From an uncultured delta proteobacterium (lineage in GTDB: Bacteria; Desulfobacterota; RBG-13-43-22): a stretch of 64,000 bases of DNA. This document shows, one piece after another, positions 51,513-61,064 of the stretch. Numbering within the stretch: position 1 is the first letter of the stretch; each line of letters begins with the position of its first letter. The stretch spans positions 160,001 through 224,000 of the forward strand of contig CAWJJC010000017.1 in NCBI GenBank assembly GCA_963843145.1, written 5' to 3'. The notes beneath the pieces are model-generated. The model worked only from the letters and a program-made list of their open reading frames with translations, was not told where the DNA came from and did no database searches. Made by a program: the position numbers and the translations under genes.

Positions 51513-51999
51513 TTAATACGAAAATAGGGTTCAGGGCGCAAGGTGCACGGTATAAGGTATAAGGTTCCTGGTTCAGAGATAGCTATTTTCATACCTCGGG
51601 GTGCCCGCCCCGGGCATGGGGGTTAGTATGAAAATGGACTCTATCACCGCATTTTAGGCTTTTATTCGTCATACCGGACTTGATCCGGTATCCAGGACCT
51701 CCAGAGCTTATCCTAGGCTGGATTCCGGATCGCGCTCCGCTTGTCCGGAATGACGAATCTTAGTCAATCTTATTTTCATGCTTCGCGGGTGCCCCGCAGG
51801 GCATGGGGGTTTAATACGAAAATAGATTTGATCGTGGCCTCCAAGCGTTTTTCGTCATGCCGGACCTGATCCGGCATCTAGGCATTTAAAGCTTGATTGA
51901 TTCCGGATTCCGGCTTTCAGCGGAATGACAACCTACTGGCTAACAAAATTTCCCGTGCTTCGCGGACTCCCCCCCGGCCAAGGGGGTTTGACAAGATAG
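51513..51999 (+). repeat. Family C tandem cassette array (half site + 3 junction repeats)
   Basis: Half site 51513-51527; junctions at 51583-51637, 51770-51825 and degenerate ~51947-51999; spacers are heptamer repeats or REP pairs. Confidence 0.8.
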
Positions 52000-52141
52000 G
52001 ACAAAGGACGAAAACTGGAATTCCGGTTGTAGGAAAAAAGTTAAAGTTTTCAAAAATAATTCCGATACGTTTTGAGGCGCCACCTCCGGAAGTTCCTATT
52101 GAAAAGCAGGTCAGTCTACCAGGTGAATCTCAGGAAGGAAC

Positions 52142-52333
52142 ATGAAAAGAATAAGAATCCTGCATATCGATCCCGACTACCAAGGACATTTTGTCAGTAT
52201 CCGAAATGGCAAATTATCTCAATTGCCCCTCCCCATGGATAAAACGCTGGCCATGGTTAAAAAGGTGAAGTTCGACCTGATCCTTTCCGAACCCCAACAA
52301 CTGGCCATTATGCCTCCGAAAAAAACCCGGTAA
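52142..52333 (+). CDS. Small hypothetical protein (degenerate receiver-domain-like)
   Basis: RBS AGGAAGG; RILHIDPD and FDLILSE echo REC beta1/beta3. Confidence 0.5.
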   Translation: MKRIRILHIDPDYQGHFVSIRNGKLSQLPLPMDKTLAMVKKVKFDLILSEPQQLAIMPPKKTR

Positions 52334-52576
52334 CGGCTATTGGTTCCCGAGCCTGGGATCGAGGATTCAAATGTTTTCTGTGAGCGTGAACTGTGCCCGG
52401 TTGGTGCGGAAGAGATTCCCCCCCTTACATCATTCCCTGCACCCTACACCCGACCCCCTCAACCCCTCTTTTCGGTTATTTTCGTATTAAGACTTGCCTT
52501 CCCGTCTAATCGCTGGTAGGGATTAGATCGGTCTATTTTTCTATTTTTCGCTTTATCTTTCCCCAGGGAATTAAAT

Positions 52577-52731
52577 GACGGACTCGCCTTAAGTCCGTCA
52601 GCAGCCCGAGCGCGATTAAGCGGCGGGTGGGAGTGAGGGTGGTACCATTTGAATTCACTTCAAATGGCGGGGGAGGGGAAGCCCTTCCCCGCCGAGCAGA
52701 AAGTCTTCTTTTGACTTTTTGCGAGGTTATC
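52577..52731. mobile_element. MITE-like element, family A copy 2
   Basis: Closely similar to 5576-5724. Confidence 0.75.
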
Positions 52732-52748
52732 AACGGAATAGCCTTTCC

Positions 52749-53984
52749 ATGCCAGCGTTAAAAGACGCCTTTCAGGTCTACGGCAACCGGCGCATGCTCT
52801 GCCTGCTGGGACTGGGTTTCTCCTCCGGCCTCCCCTTGGCCCTGACCTCGGGGACCCTCCAGGCCTGGATGACCGTCGAAAAAGTCGATCTGACCTTGAT
52901 CGGTATTTTTTCCCTGGTCGGTCTGCCCTATACCCTGAAGATCCTCTGGGCCCCGATCATGGACCGTTTTTCCCCGCCCTGGCTGGGCCGCCGCCGCGGC
53001 TGGATCCTGCTGGCCCAACTCCTCCTGGCCCTGGGGATCGGGCTGTTAGGTATGACCCAACCCGCCGCCTTTCCTTGGATGGTGGCCTTTATGGCCTTTA
53101 TGGTGGCCTTTTTCAGCTCCAGCCAGGATATCGTGGTCGACGCCTACCGCGCGGAGGTGCTGCCGAAAAAAGAACTGGGCGCCGGGGCGGCGGCCTCGGT
53201 CATCGGCTATCGACTGGCCATGCTGGTTTCGGGCGCCCTGGCCCTGATCCTTTCCGATCACCTGCCGTGGTCGACCGTCTACGGTTTCATGGCGGCGCTG
53301 ATGATTATGTCCGGAGCGGTTACCTTCTGGGCCCCGGAACCGCAGGAAAAGGTGATCCCCCCGAAAAGCCTGAAGGAAGCCGTCTGGGAACCGCTGGCCT
53401 CCTACTTTAAACGGTCGGGGGCCGTGGAAATGTTGTTTTTCATCATGGTCTTCAAGCTGGGGGATGCCATCGCCGGGGCCATGACCACCCCCTTTCTGCT
53501 GGATATCGGCTTCAGCCGCACCGACGTGGGCACGGTCAATAAAGGCTTCGGGCTGGTCAGCACCATCATCGGGACCCTGGCCGGCGGCAGCCTCATAGCT
53601 AAAATGGGGATCAACCGTTCCCTCTGGGTCTTCGGCTTTTTACAGGCCCTTTCCAACCTGACCTTTACCGTGGTGGCCCTCCTGGGGAAGAACTACCCGG
53701 CCATGATCGCCGCCATCGGCATCGAAAACATCTGCGGCGGCCTGGGCACCGCGGCCTTCGTGGCCTTCCTGATGAGCCTCTGCGACAAACGTTTCACCGC
53801 CACCCAGTACGCCCTGCTCTCCAGCCTGATGGCCATGAGCCGGGTCCTGGCCGGCGTTCCCACCGGCTTTATGGCCAAAAGCCTGGGTTGGCCCATGTTC
53901 TTCACCGTCAGCATCCTGGGGGCCGTCCCGGGGATCTGGCTCCTGACCCGGTTTGCACCTTGGGGGAAGGCCAGTCAGGAGTAG
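52749..53984 (+). CDS. ampG: AmpG family muropeptide MFS transporter
   Basis: LGFSSGLP, LWAPIMD, GRRRGW, QDIVVDAYR and ATQYALLSS. Confidence 0.95.
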   Translation: MPALKDAFQVYGNRRMLCLLGLGFSSGLPLALTSGTLQAWMTVEKVDLTLIGIFSLVGLPYTLKILWAPIMDRFSPPWLGRRRGWILLAQLLLALGIGLLGMTQPAAFPWMVAFMAFMVAFFSSSQDIVVDAYRAEVLPKKELGAGAAASVIGYRLAMLVSGALALILSDHLPWSTVYGFMAALMIMSGAVTFWAPEPQEKVIPPKSLKEAVWEPLASYFKRSGAVEMLFFIMVFKLGDAIAGAMTTPFLLDIGFSRTDVGTVNKGFGLVSTIIGTLAGGSLIAKMGINRSLWVFGFLQALSNLTFTVVALLGKNYPAMIAAIGIENICGGLGTAAFVAFLMSLCDKRFTATQYALLSSLMAMSRVLAGVPTGFMAKSLGWPMFFTVSILGAVPGIWLLTRFAPWGKASQE

Positions 53985-54136
53985 GCGTGAGGGCTGGCCC
54001 CTGGGCCCGGTTTGGTCATGGCTACCTCGCAGCATCGCCCAGTCCTTCCCGGATTTGGTTTCTCTCCACTTCTTCTTTCGAGATTCGAGATGATCCTGTC
54101 CAGTAACGGAAGGCACAAATTCAGGCCCACCTTGGC

Positions 54137-54165
54137 TTGCCAGGCTTCACCTGTTTGGCTATACT
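54137..54165 (+). promoter_or_regulatory. Sigma70 promoter of mazEF
   Basis: TTGCCA-17-TATACT, followed by RBS AGGAGG. Confidence 0.7.
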
Positions 54166-54190
54166 TTGGATATCCGTAGGAGGTATCGAC

Positions 54191-54439
54191 ATGATAACCA
54201 AAATCCAAAAATGGGGAAACAGCCAGGGGTTACGTCTTGCGAAGCAGTTGCTCGAAGACGCGCATATTTCGATGGATGAGGAGGTCGACGTTACCGCGCG
54301 GGACGGACTAATCGTGGTAACGCCGGCCAGACGGGTTCGCGGCAAACGAAGCCTCAAAGAACTTGTGGCGCGCATTCCCAAGAACTACAAGACCGAAGAA
54401 AAGGATTGGGGTGAGCCCGTAGGCGTAGAGGTTTGGTAG
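54191..54439 (+). CDS. mazE: AbrB/MazE antitoxin
   Basis: KIQKWGNSQGLRL and DWGEPVGVEVW. Confidence 0.93.
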   Translation: MITKIQKWGNSQGLRLAKQLLEDAHISMDEEVDVTARDGLIVVTPARRVRGKRSLKELVARIPKNYKTEEKDWGEPVGVEVW

Positions 54440-54775
54440 GTGAAAACGTATATTCCCCATAAGGGGGACTTTATCGCCGTTACCTTTGACCCCCAGTCCG
54501 GTCATGAGCAAAAAGGGCGTCGTCCCACCCTCGTCGTCAGCAATACCCTATTCAACGAACAAACCGGTCTCACCATAGTCTGCCCCTTGACCTCCACGGA
54601 CCGAGGTTACCCTTTTCATGTAGCGGTTACCGAGAACCCACAAGTAAAGGGATTTGTGATGGTAGAACAGGTCAAATCCCTTGATTACCGTACCCGTCAG
54701 GCTAAGGTCATCGGAAAGGCATCGGATGATCTACTGGACGAGGTCCTATCGATACTGGATGCCTGTATCTATTGA
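54440..54775 (+). CDS. mazF: PemK/MazF toxin
   Basis: FDPQSGHEQKGRRPTLVVS, CPLTS and EQVKSLD. Confidence 0.95.
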   Translation: MKTYIPHKGDFIAVTFDPQSGHEQKGRRPTLVVSNTLFNEQTGLTIVCPLTSTDRGYPFHVAVTENPQVKGFVMVEQVKSLDYRTRQAKVIGKASDDLLDEVLSILDACIY

Positions 54776-54903
54776 AGGCCGACCAATTTGGACGCACCCC
54801 CAAGGGAATAGGGGTCAAATCTTTATTATTTATATGCTGCTAATATCCTATCGCTTCAGCGAAGATGTCAATTTAGGGAGATCGTCGTGAAAGGATGGTG
54901 AGG

Positions 54904-55374
54904 TTAAGAAGCTTCGCAAGGCGGGACCCGTTCCTTCAGCTCGGCTTTCCGGGCCAGGGTCAGCTTGGGCTCCAGCTTCCAGGACTCCGAGGCGAAGTCA
55001 TCTTTTTTCTTGATCAGGAGCCATTCGTTGCCCCGGCCCCGGCCCTTGAGCCGGACCAGGGCAAATTCCCCCCGCAGGATCTCGCCTTTTAAGTTGAAGA
55101 CAATGCGGTCTTCCTTTTGTTCCAGGAGTTCGAAGGTCCCGGCGTCCCAGACCAGGACCGGTCCGGCGCCGGCCATCCCCTTGGGGATGATGCCCTCGAA
55201 ATCGATATACTCCAGAGGGTGATCTTCCACCCTAATGGCCAGGCGTTTTTCCGCCGGGTTCAGGGAGGGACCTTTGGGCACGGCCCAGGAACGCAGTACC
55301 CCTTCCATTTCCAGCCGAAAGTCGAAATGGAGATGGGTGGCATGATGTTCGTGGACGACGAAGCGGGATTTCAT
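54904..55374 (-). CDS. Stand-alone LigD 3'-phosphoesterase domain
   Basis: HEHHATHLHFDFRLE, SWAVPKGPS and EDHPLEY. Confidence 0.92.
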   Translation of the reverse strand: MKSRFVVHEHHATHLHFDFRLEMEGVLRSWAVPKGPSLNPAEKRLAIRVEDHPLEYIDFEGIIPKGMAGAGPVLVWDAGTFELLEQKEDRIVFNLKGEILRGEFALVRLKGRGRGNEWLLIKKKDDFASESWKLEPKLTLARKAELKERVPPCEAS

Positions 55375-55435
55375 AATGGTTTTTTTTGCATCAATGGCAG
55401 ATAGATATTATAAATAACGAAACAGGCTCTTTCAA

Positions 55436-55754
55436 TTATTAACAGTCTCATAATCGAATTTACATGGGGTGTTCTTTCTATTTCTCGCCCGCTTCGCTCG
55501 AGTACTCAGAGGGCGCAGAGAAAGATGATATTGTTCTTTGAAAAATCGTTGAGACGCCGATTTTTCAAAAAAACTCACGCCTCCGGCGGGGTTTTATCCG
55601 GCGGAGCAGGAGATTTTTTTTGATTGCCGGCCTCTCAGCGGCAATCAAAGATTATGTATTCTCTGCAATCTCTGCGTGCTCTGTGAGAGATCGTCTTTTG
55701 TCTTTGGTGCGGCGATAAGGGATCCTGTCAATAGTATTTTGAGACCATTAACAA
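55436..55754. mobile_element. Family B copy 2 with TIRs
   Basis: TTATTAACAGTCTCATAAT ... ATTTTGAGACCATTAACAA enclosing the same core as 43224-43531. Confidence 0.75.
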
Positions 55755-55803
55755 GTTAACGGCATTGGTTCCGACGCCAATGAAACCCTAAACATGTTTA
55801 TTG

Positions 55804-56385
55804 CTAATCCAATCCCCGCTTCGGCTTCGGGGGACAATAATACACTCCGGGACCGGTGCCCCATTCGGGGTGAAGCCGAAAAACCTCCCCGGAGGAAACG
55901 ATCTTGGCTACCCGGCTTTCAGGTTCCCGGAGGTCCCCGAAATGCAGGGCCTGGCCCTCGCAGCAGATGACACAGAAGGGTTCCAGACCCTGGTCGATGC
56001 GGTGAGCACAAAGGTTGCATTTCTCCACCCGGTTGTTGCGGGGGCTGAACCGCAGGGCCTCGAAGGGGCAGGCGGCGATGCAGCCCTGGCAGCCGTCGCA
56101 CTTTCCCGGATCGAGCACCACCAGACCGTCCTCCCGCCGGACCAGGGCCTCCAGGGGACAGGCCTCCACACAGGGAGGCTCCTCGCAGTGGTTGCAGAGC
56201 CGGGGCAGAAAATCCATGGTCAGGTTCGGAAACCGGCCCACGGGCGCGTCCGAATGATCGGACCCCCGGGTCTCCACCCGGATGGCGCCCTGCTCGAAAC
56301 CGTTTTCAATCCGGCAGGCCACGGTGCAGGCCTGGCACCCGATACAGCGCTCCTGGTCGACAACCAGACCCAGCCGCTTGCTCAT
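55804..56385 (-). CDS. DmsB-like 4Fe-4S electron transfer subunit
   Basis: CIGCQACTVAC, CNHCEEPPCVEACP, CDGCQGCIAACP, KCNLC and GTGPGVYY. Confidence 0.93.
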   Translation of the reverse strand: MSKRLGLVVDQERCIGCQACTVACRIENGFEQGAIRVETRGSDHSDAPVGRFPNLTMDFLPRLCNHCEEPPCVEACPLEALVRREDGLVVLDPGKCDGCQGCIAACPFEALRFSPRNNRVEKCNLCAHRIDQGLEPFCVICCEGQALHFGDLREPESRVAKIVSSGEVFRLHPEWGTGPGVYYCPPKPKRGLD

Positions 56386-58654
56386 TTCGCTTCCTCCCGC
56401 ACCCGCTCCACTTCCACGGCCACGTCATTCATGTGCATGTTGGGTTCGTACACCACGGCCTGGACAGGGTTCACGACGTCATGGGTCAGGTGGTTGACAC
56501 TGCCTTCCCGAAATTGATCGATCCACCAACCCTGGGTGATCTGGACCACCCGAGGCCCAACCGCATCCGTCACCCGGGCCCGGAGGGTGACCCGCCCCCG
56601 GTCATTGAAAACGGCCACCAGGTCGCCATCGCTGATCCGTCTTTCCCCGGCATCCTCCGGATTGATCTCCACCAGCGGTTCGGGATTTAAGTCCAATAGA
56701 GAGGGAACATTGGCGAACATGGAATGGGTGCGGAACCGGCTGTGCCCCTGGATGAAGGCTAGCGGGTAGCGGGTCTCGACAGGTCCCAGGGGCGTTTCCA
56801 GGGGTTCCAGGTACACGGGCAAGGCTTGCCCGTACTCGCGCAAAGACTCGCTATAGATTTCAATCTTCTTCGACGGGGTGGAAAAGGGGATGTCCATCTC
56901 CTGGCCTGTGTCCGGGATGTTATACAAGGCCTGAGGCCCCTCCCGGAGTTTTTCCCGGGTAATCCCCTGAACGGAAATGTGGCCGGAATTCAGGATCAAG
57001 TCGATAAACCCCTCTTCTCCGCCGTCAAAATAATCCCCGAACCCCAGCCGCCGGGCCAGACCGGAGGCAATGTCCACGTCGGAGCGCGATTCGTACAGGG
57101 GATCGATGACCTTCTGCTGGAGTTGAACATACGGATAGGGGAAAGGGATCAGGTCCGAGAACTCCAGGTAGGTGCAGACCGGGAGCACGATGTCCGCGTA
57201 GCGGGCCGTGGGAGTCATAAAGAGTTCCGTGGCGACGATGAATTCCAGCCCGGGGATCAGCTCCCGGATGATCTTGCCGCTGTGGGCGCACTGGTTGACG
57301 AAGTTGATGAAAGAAAGCCAGAGGGCCTTCACCGGATAGGGTTTCCCGGAAATGACCGCCTCGTACAGGGGCAAAATCCCCAGACGGGAATAGGCCGGCT
57401 TGGGGGTGTCGGGCTTGAGGAAGGGGTCCCAGTTGAGCACGGCCGGCAAGTGCCCGCCGCGGAAGGTGGCCTGGACGTTCCCGGTTACGGCGGCCAGCGT
57501 TCCCAGGGCCCGCAGGGAAATGTCCCCGTGATAGGTCCGGGTGAAGCCCATGTGGGTGACGAAGGTGACGGACCCGGCCGAGCCGATCCGCTCGGCCAGT
57601 TTCACGATGTCTCCCGCCGCTAGACCGGTGATGTCCGCGGCCCGGGCCGGCGGGTAGGCGGCGGCCAGTTCCCGCAGGAGTTCAAAGGACGGGCGGCAGG
57701 ATAGCCCATTGACGGTATAGGTTCCGGTCAGGGCCGCTTCCCCCCCTTAACCTTTCGTTCCCGGGGCGCCTGGGCGTCCCGGTCCCAGACCACATAGTCT
57801 TTGCTGCCTTCCAGTCCCATATCCGCGCCGCGGAGGAAGGCGCCGTTGTCGTCCCGCACCAGGTACGGCCCGACCGTGTATTTCCGCAGGAAGTGCCGGT
57901 TTTCCAAACCCTTATCAAAGATCACCTGCATCAGCGCCAGGGCCAGGGCCGTATCCGTTCCGGGCCGCAGACCCAGATAGGCGTCCGCCTTGGAGGCGGT
58001 CACCGTGAAGCGCGGGTCGATGACCACCAGCCGCGCGCCCCGGCCCTTGGCGTCCATGATCGGACGCATCAGGTTCAGGGGCTGGGACTCGCCCGGGTTG
58101 GCCCCCCAGACCACCAGCAGCTCCGGGGTGGTTTTACCTGAGAACAGGGAGCCGAAGAGCAGGGCATAGGGAAACTGGGCGCCGAACAGGACCTTGCTGC
58201 CGCAGGGCAGGCCCGCGTCCCCGTAACCCCAGGCGCTGACCCGGGTAGAGCGGGTCAGGCCGGCCAGGCGGAGATAGGCCCCAAACTTGGTGGTGCCGGC
58301 GCCCGGACCGCCCAGGACCCAGCCGATGGCCGGCCAGCCGTATTGCTCCCCGACCTCCTTGAAGCGTTCGGCAATGGTATCCAGGGCCTCGTCCCAGGTG
58401 ATCCGCTCAAATTTCCCCTCGCCCCGCGCGCCCAACCGTTTCAGGGGATGCTGCAGCCGATCGGGGTGGTAGGTGATCTCCAGGCTGGAGAGCCCGCGCA
58501 GACAGATCCGGCGGTACCGGGGATCCGGAAAATCCGCCGGCTCCACCTTGACGACCCGTTTCTCCCTGACATGGGCCAGGATCCCGCAGGCGTCGATCCC
58601 GCAGTGGGCCGGGCAGACGGTCCTGATAATCTGGGTTTCTGTTTTCAGGGACAT
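56382..58654 (-). CDS. DMSO-reductase-family molybdopterin oxidoreductase catalytic subunit (frameshift at C7 run 57740-57746)
   Basis: CPAHCGIDAC..ICLRG, WGANPGE, IDPRFT and RFRTHS; the two ORFs join through the homopolymer; no Tat signal. Confidence 0.92.
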
Positions 58655-58924
58655 TACTGAGTATCCTTAGCGCTTGATTCTTTGCTAGAGTAATGGAGTA
58701 TTGTCTATTAAGACCATCTTTCCATTACTATGATTGAAAACTGAACGTCAGCATGCACTATACCTACTGAATCGGCCTCAGGGCAAGGGGTTTATCATCC
58801 CAGACGCCGCTGCTCAACTGCCTGAAATCCTTAACGCCCCCCCTCCCTAGACGGGAGGGGGTTGGGGGGCATAAGCGCTAACTTAGAAAGATTGTCATTC
58901 CGGCGAAAGCCGGAATCCAGTTCT

Positions 58925-59215
58925 TTAGACTATACTATTATACAGATCCTCCCAATTTCGATTCGTCTTTTCAATTAATTCCAGTTTCCATTTGCGTTTC
59001 CATTCTTTTATCTGCTTTTCCCGATTAATAGCGGCTTCCATGCTCTCGTGCAGTTCATACCAAACCAGTCGATGGACTCCATAGCGTTTGGTAAACCCTT
59101 CGACTAGGTTGTTCTTATGTTCCCAAATCCTTTTAACAAGGTCTGAAGTTACACCAACATACAGGGTCCCATTTCTTTGGCTTGCCAGAACGTATACCGC
59201 AGGGTGATTATCCAG
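58925..59215 (-). CDS. GIY-YIG nuclease family protein (YhbQ/UPF0213-like), CTG start
   Basis: Not in the ORF track. Translation PAVYVLASQRNGTLYVGVTSDLVKRIWEHK...AINREKQIKEWKRKWK; GGAGG RBS 6 nt before CTG. Confidence 0.88.
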   Translation of the reverse strand: MDNHPAVYVLASQRNGTLYVGVTSDLVKRIWEHKNNLVEGFTKRYGVHRLVWYELHESMEAAINREKQIKEWKRKWKLELIEKTNRNWEDLYNSIV

Positions 59216-59346
59216 TGGTGCCTCCCTGGATTCCGGCTTTCGCCGGAATCTGGAGTTTGGACTTTTTATGTCGGTATGTTATTAATTTAGTTGACATACA
59301 TATTTAAAGATGATATCCTCCCGGAAACAATCCGAAGGAGGGCATC

Positions 59347-59685
59347 ATGAACGAATCCCAGGTCCAGGACGTCATTTTTGAAGCGATTGAAACCAGCTTG
59401 GAAGCCCAATTGCGAGCCGTCCGGCGATTGCGATCCGGTAAAGAAACAGCTCCCCAGCGTAAAATCAGAAAAGGTATGTCCCAGGTAGACATGGCTTTCG
59501 ACATACTTTCAAGAACCGAGGGGCCGCTGCATATCAGCGAGATCATCCGTCGGATGGCCGAAGTCCATAATCGCCAAGTCGACCGGGAATCGCTGGTCTC
59601 GTCGCTGGTGAAAAAGGTCCAGCGAGGCGATCGTTTCGTGCGTACCGACAAAAATGTTTTTGGGTTGTTAAAAAAGGCTCGGTAG
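59347..59685 (+). CDS. IS accessory protein, winged-helix (HARE-HTH-like)
   Basis: AFDILSRTEGPLHISEII...SLVSSL...RFVRTDKNVFGL; 2 nt upstream of the transposase; RBS AAGGAGG. Confidence 0.75.
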   Translation: MNESQVQDVIFEAIETSLEAQLRAVRRLRSGKETAPQRKIRKGMSQVDMAFDILSRTEGPLHISEIIRRMAEVHNRQVDRESLVSSLVKKVQRGDRFVRTDKNVFGLLKKAR

Positions 59686-59687
59686 CC

Positions 59688-61064
59688 ATGTTGCTCCAAA
59701 CCTTCACCTCGCTGATGGCTGAAGGCTGGCGCCCGGTCTTTGCTCAACAGCGGACCCGGGAACGGGCCGTAGGACAGGCCTTGAGTCTGCCCTTGGTTCT
59801 GGGTCGGCGTACCATTTCCCGAAGTCTGTGCGCCCTGGATCGAGCGGATCGGGATTGGAGCGCGGACTACAAGTTGTTCTCCCGGAGCCCTTGGAAGGCG
59901 GCGGACTTGTTTGATCCCGTTTTGGACGCCTATCTGGGGCGCTATGACCGGGGTCCGGTGACGGTAGCCTTGGATGACAGTTTGTATCCGAAAACCGGGA
60001 AGAAGATCCCAGGAGCGCGATGGCACAAGGACCCGCTGTCTCCCCCGTTTCGAGTCAACTTGCGTTTTGGTTTGCGGTTTTTGCAGGCCAGTCTGCTTTT
60101 TCCTCTGCATCAGGAGGGTCCCTTTGCGGCGCGGGCTATTCCGATGGCGTTCGACCAGGCCCCCACCGTGAAGAAGCCCGGCAAGCGGGCTACCGACGAA
60201 GAGTGGCAGGCCTACCGTCGCTTGAAGAAGGAAATCAATCTGTCGTGTTCGGCCGTCCAGCAATTGGAGCGGTTGCGAAAAAGGCTGGACGATACCGGAG
60301 CCACCCATCGACGGCTGTGGGCCGTTCTGGACGGTAGTTTTTGTAATCGGACTTTGTTTCGGGCCTCCTGGGATCGGGTGATCCTCCTGGCCCGCTGTCG
60401 CAAAGATGCCCGCTTGTGCTACCCGGCGGCGGGGCCCGGTAAGCGGCGCTACGAGGCCCAGTTGTTTACTCCGGAATCGGTTCGGGCCGATTCCGGAGTG
60501 GTTTGGAAACGAGTCCGGATCTATTACGCGAATCGTCGACGTTGGATCCGAGTGAAAGAACGGAAGAACCTCTTGTGGCGCCGTGGGGCCGGCACCCAAC
60601 TCCTGCGGTTGATCGTGATTGCCCCCCAACCGTATAAAAACTCCAAAAAAGGGCGCACCTACTATCGGGATCCGGCTTATCTGTTGACCACCGATGTGAC
60701 CGCTTCTTTGAAACGACTGGTACAGGCCTATTTTGATCGTTGGCAGATCGAGGTCAATCATCGTGATCAAAAATCCTTGCTCGGGGTAGGTCAGGCTCAA
60801 GTGCATTCCCCAAAGTCCGTCCCCCGGCATCCCGCTTTATCGGTAGCTTCGTATAGTTTGTTGTTAGTGGCTGGCCTCCAAACGTATGGTCCGGGCCGTT
60901 CCCAGGCCCTCGCCCCTCTGCCTAAGTGGAGAAAGCAGCCGCCCCACCGTTTCTCTACGTTGGATCTGTTTACGCAACTGCGTCGTGAAATCAACGAAAC
61001 GTCAGTTTCTCCATTCCCAACACAAAATATATCGAAAAATCTCATGATTTATGCTTATACCTGA
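59688..61064 (+). CDS. DDE transposase (IS701-like)
   Basis: VALDDSLYPKTG, VLDGSF and AYFDRWQIEVNHRDQKS.LG (Y-2-R-3-E-6-K). Confidence 0.9.
   Translation: MLLQTFTSLMAEGWRPVFAQQRTRERAVGQALSLPLVLGRRTISRSLCALDRADRDWSADYKLFSRSPWKAADLFDPVLDAYLGRYDRGPVTVALDDSLYPKTGKKIPGARWHKDPLSPPFRVNLRFGLRFLQASLLFPLHQEGPFAARAIPMAFDQAPTVKKPGKRATDEEWQAYRRLKKEINLSCSAVQQLERLRKRLDDTGATHRRLWAVLDGSFCNRTLFRASWDRVILLARCRKDARLCYPAAGPGKRRYEAQLFTPESVRADSGVVWKRVRIYYANRRRWIRVKERKNLLWRRGAGTQLLRLIVIAPQPYKNSKKGRTYYRDPAYLLTTDVTASLKRLVQAYFDRWQIEVNHRDQKSLLGVGQAQVHSPKSVPRHPALSVASYSLLLVAGLQTYGPGRSQALAPLPKWRKQPPHRFSTLDLFTQLRREINETSVSPFPTQNISKNLMIYAYT

Noticed and set aside
51513-51999. CRISPR array or classical integron attC array
   Set aside because: Spacers are 55-130 bp and made of other repeats; no cas or intI gene; RYYYAAC/GTTRRRY boxes are not consistently present.
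54904-55374. Complete NHEJ system
   Set aside because: Only the stand-alone phosphoesterase domain is present; no Ku, ligase or polymerase domain in the window.
57728-57730. TGA as selenocysteine in the molybdoenzyme
   Set aside because: Homology continues in a different frame after the G7 run, so this is a frameshift rather than readthrough.
59304-60830. 508-aa antisense ORF over the IS genes
   Set aside because: Shadow of the wHTH and transposase genes in GC-rich DNA; no recognisable motifs.
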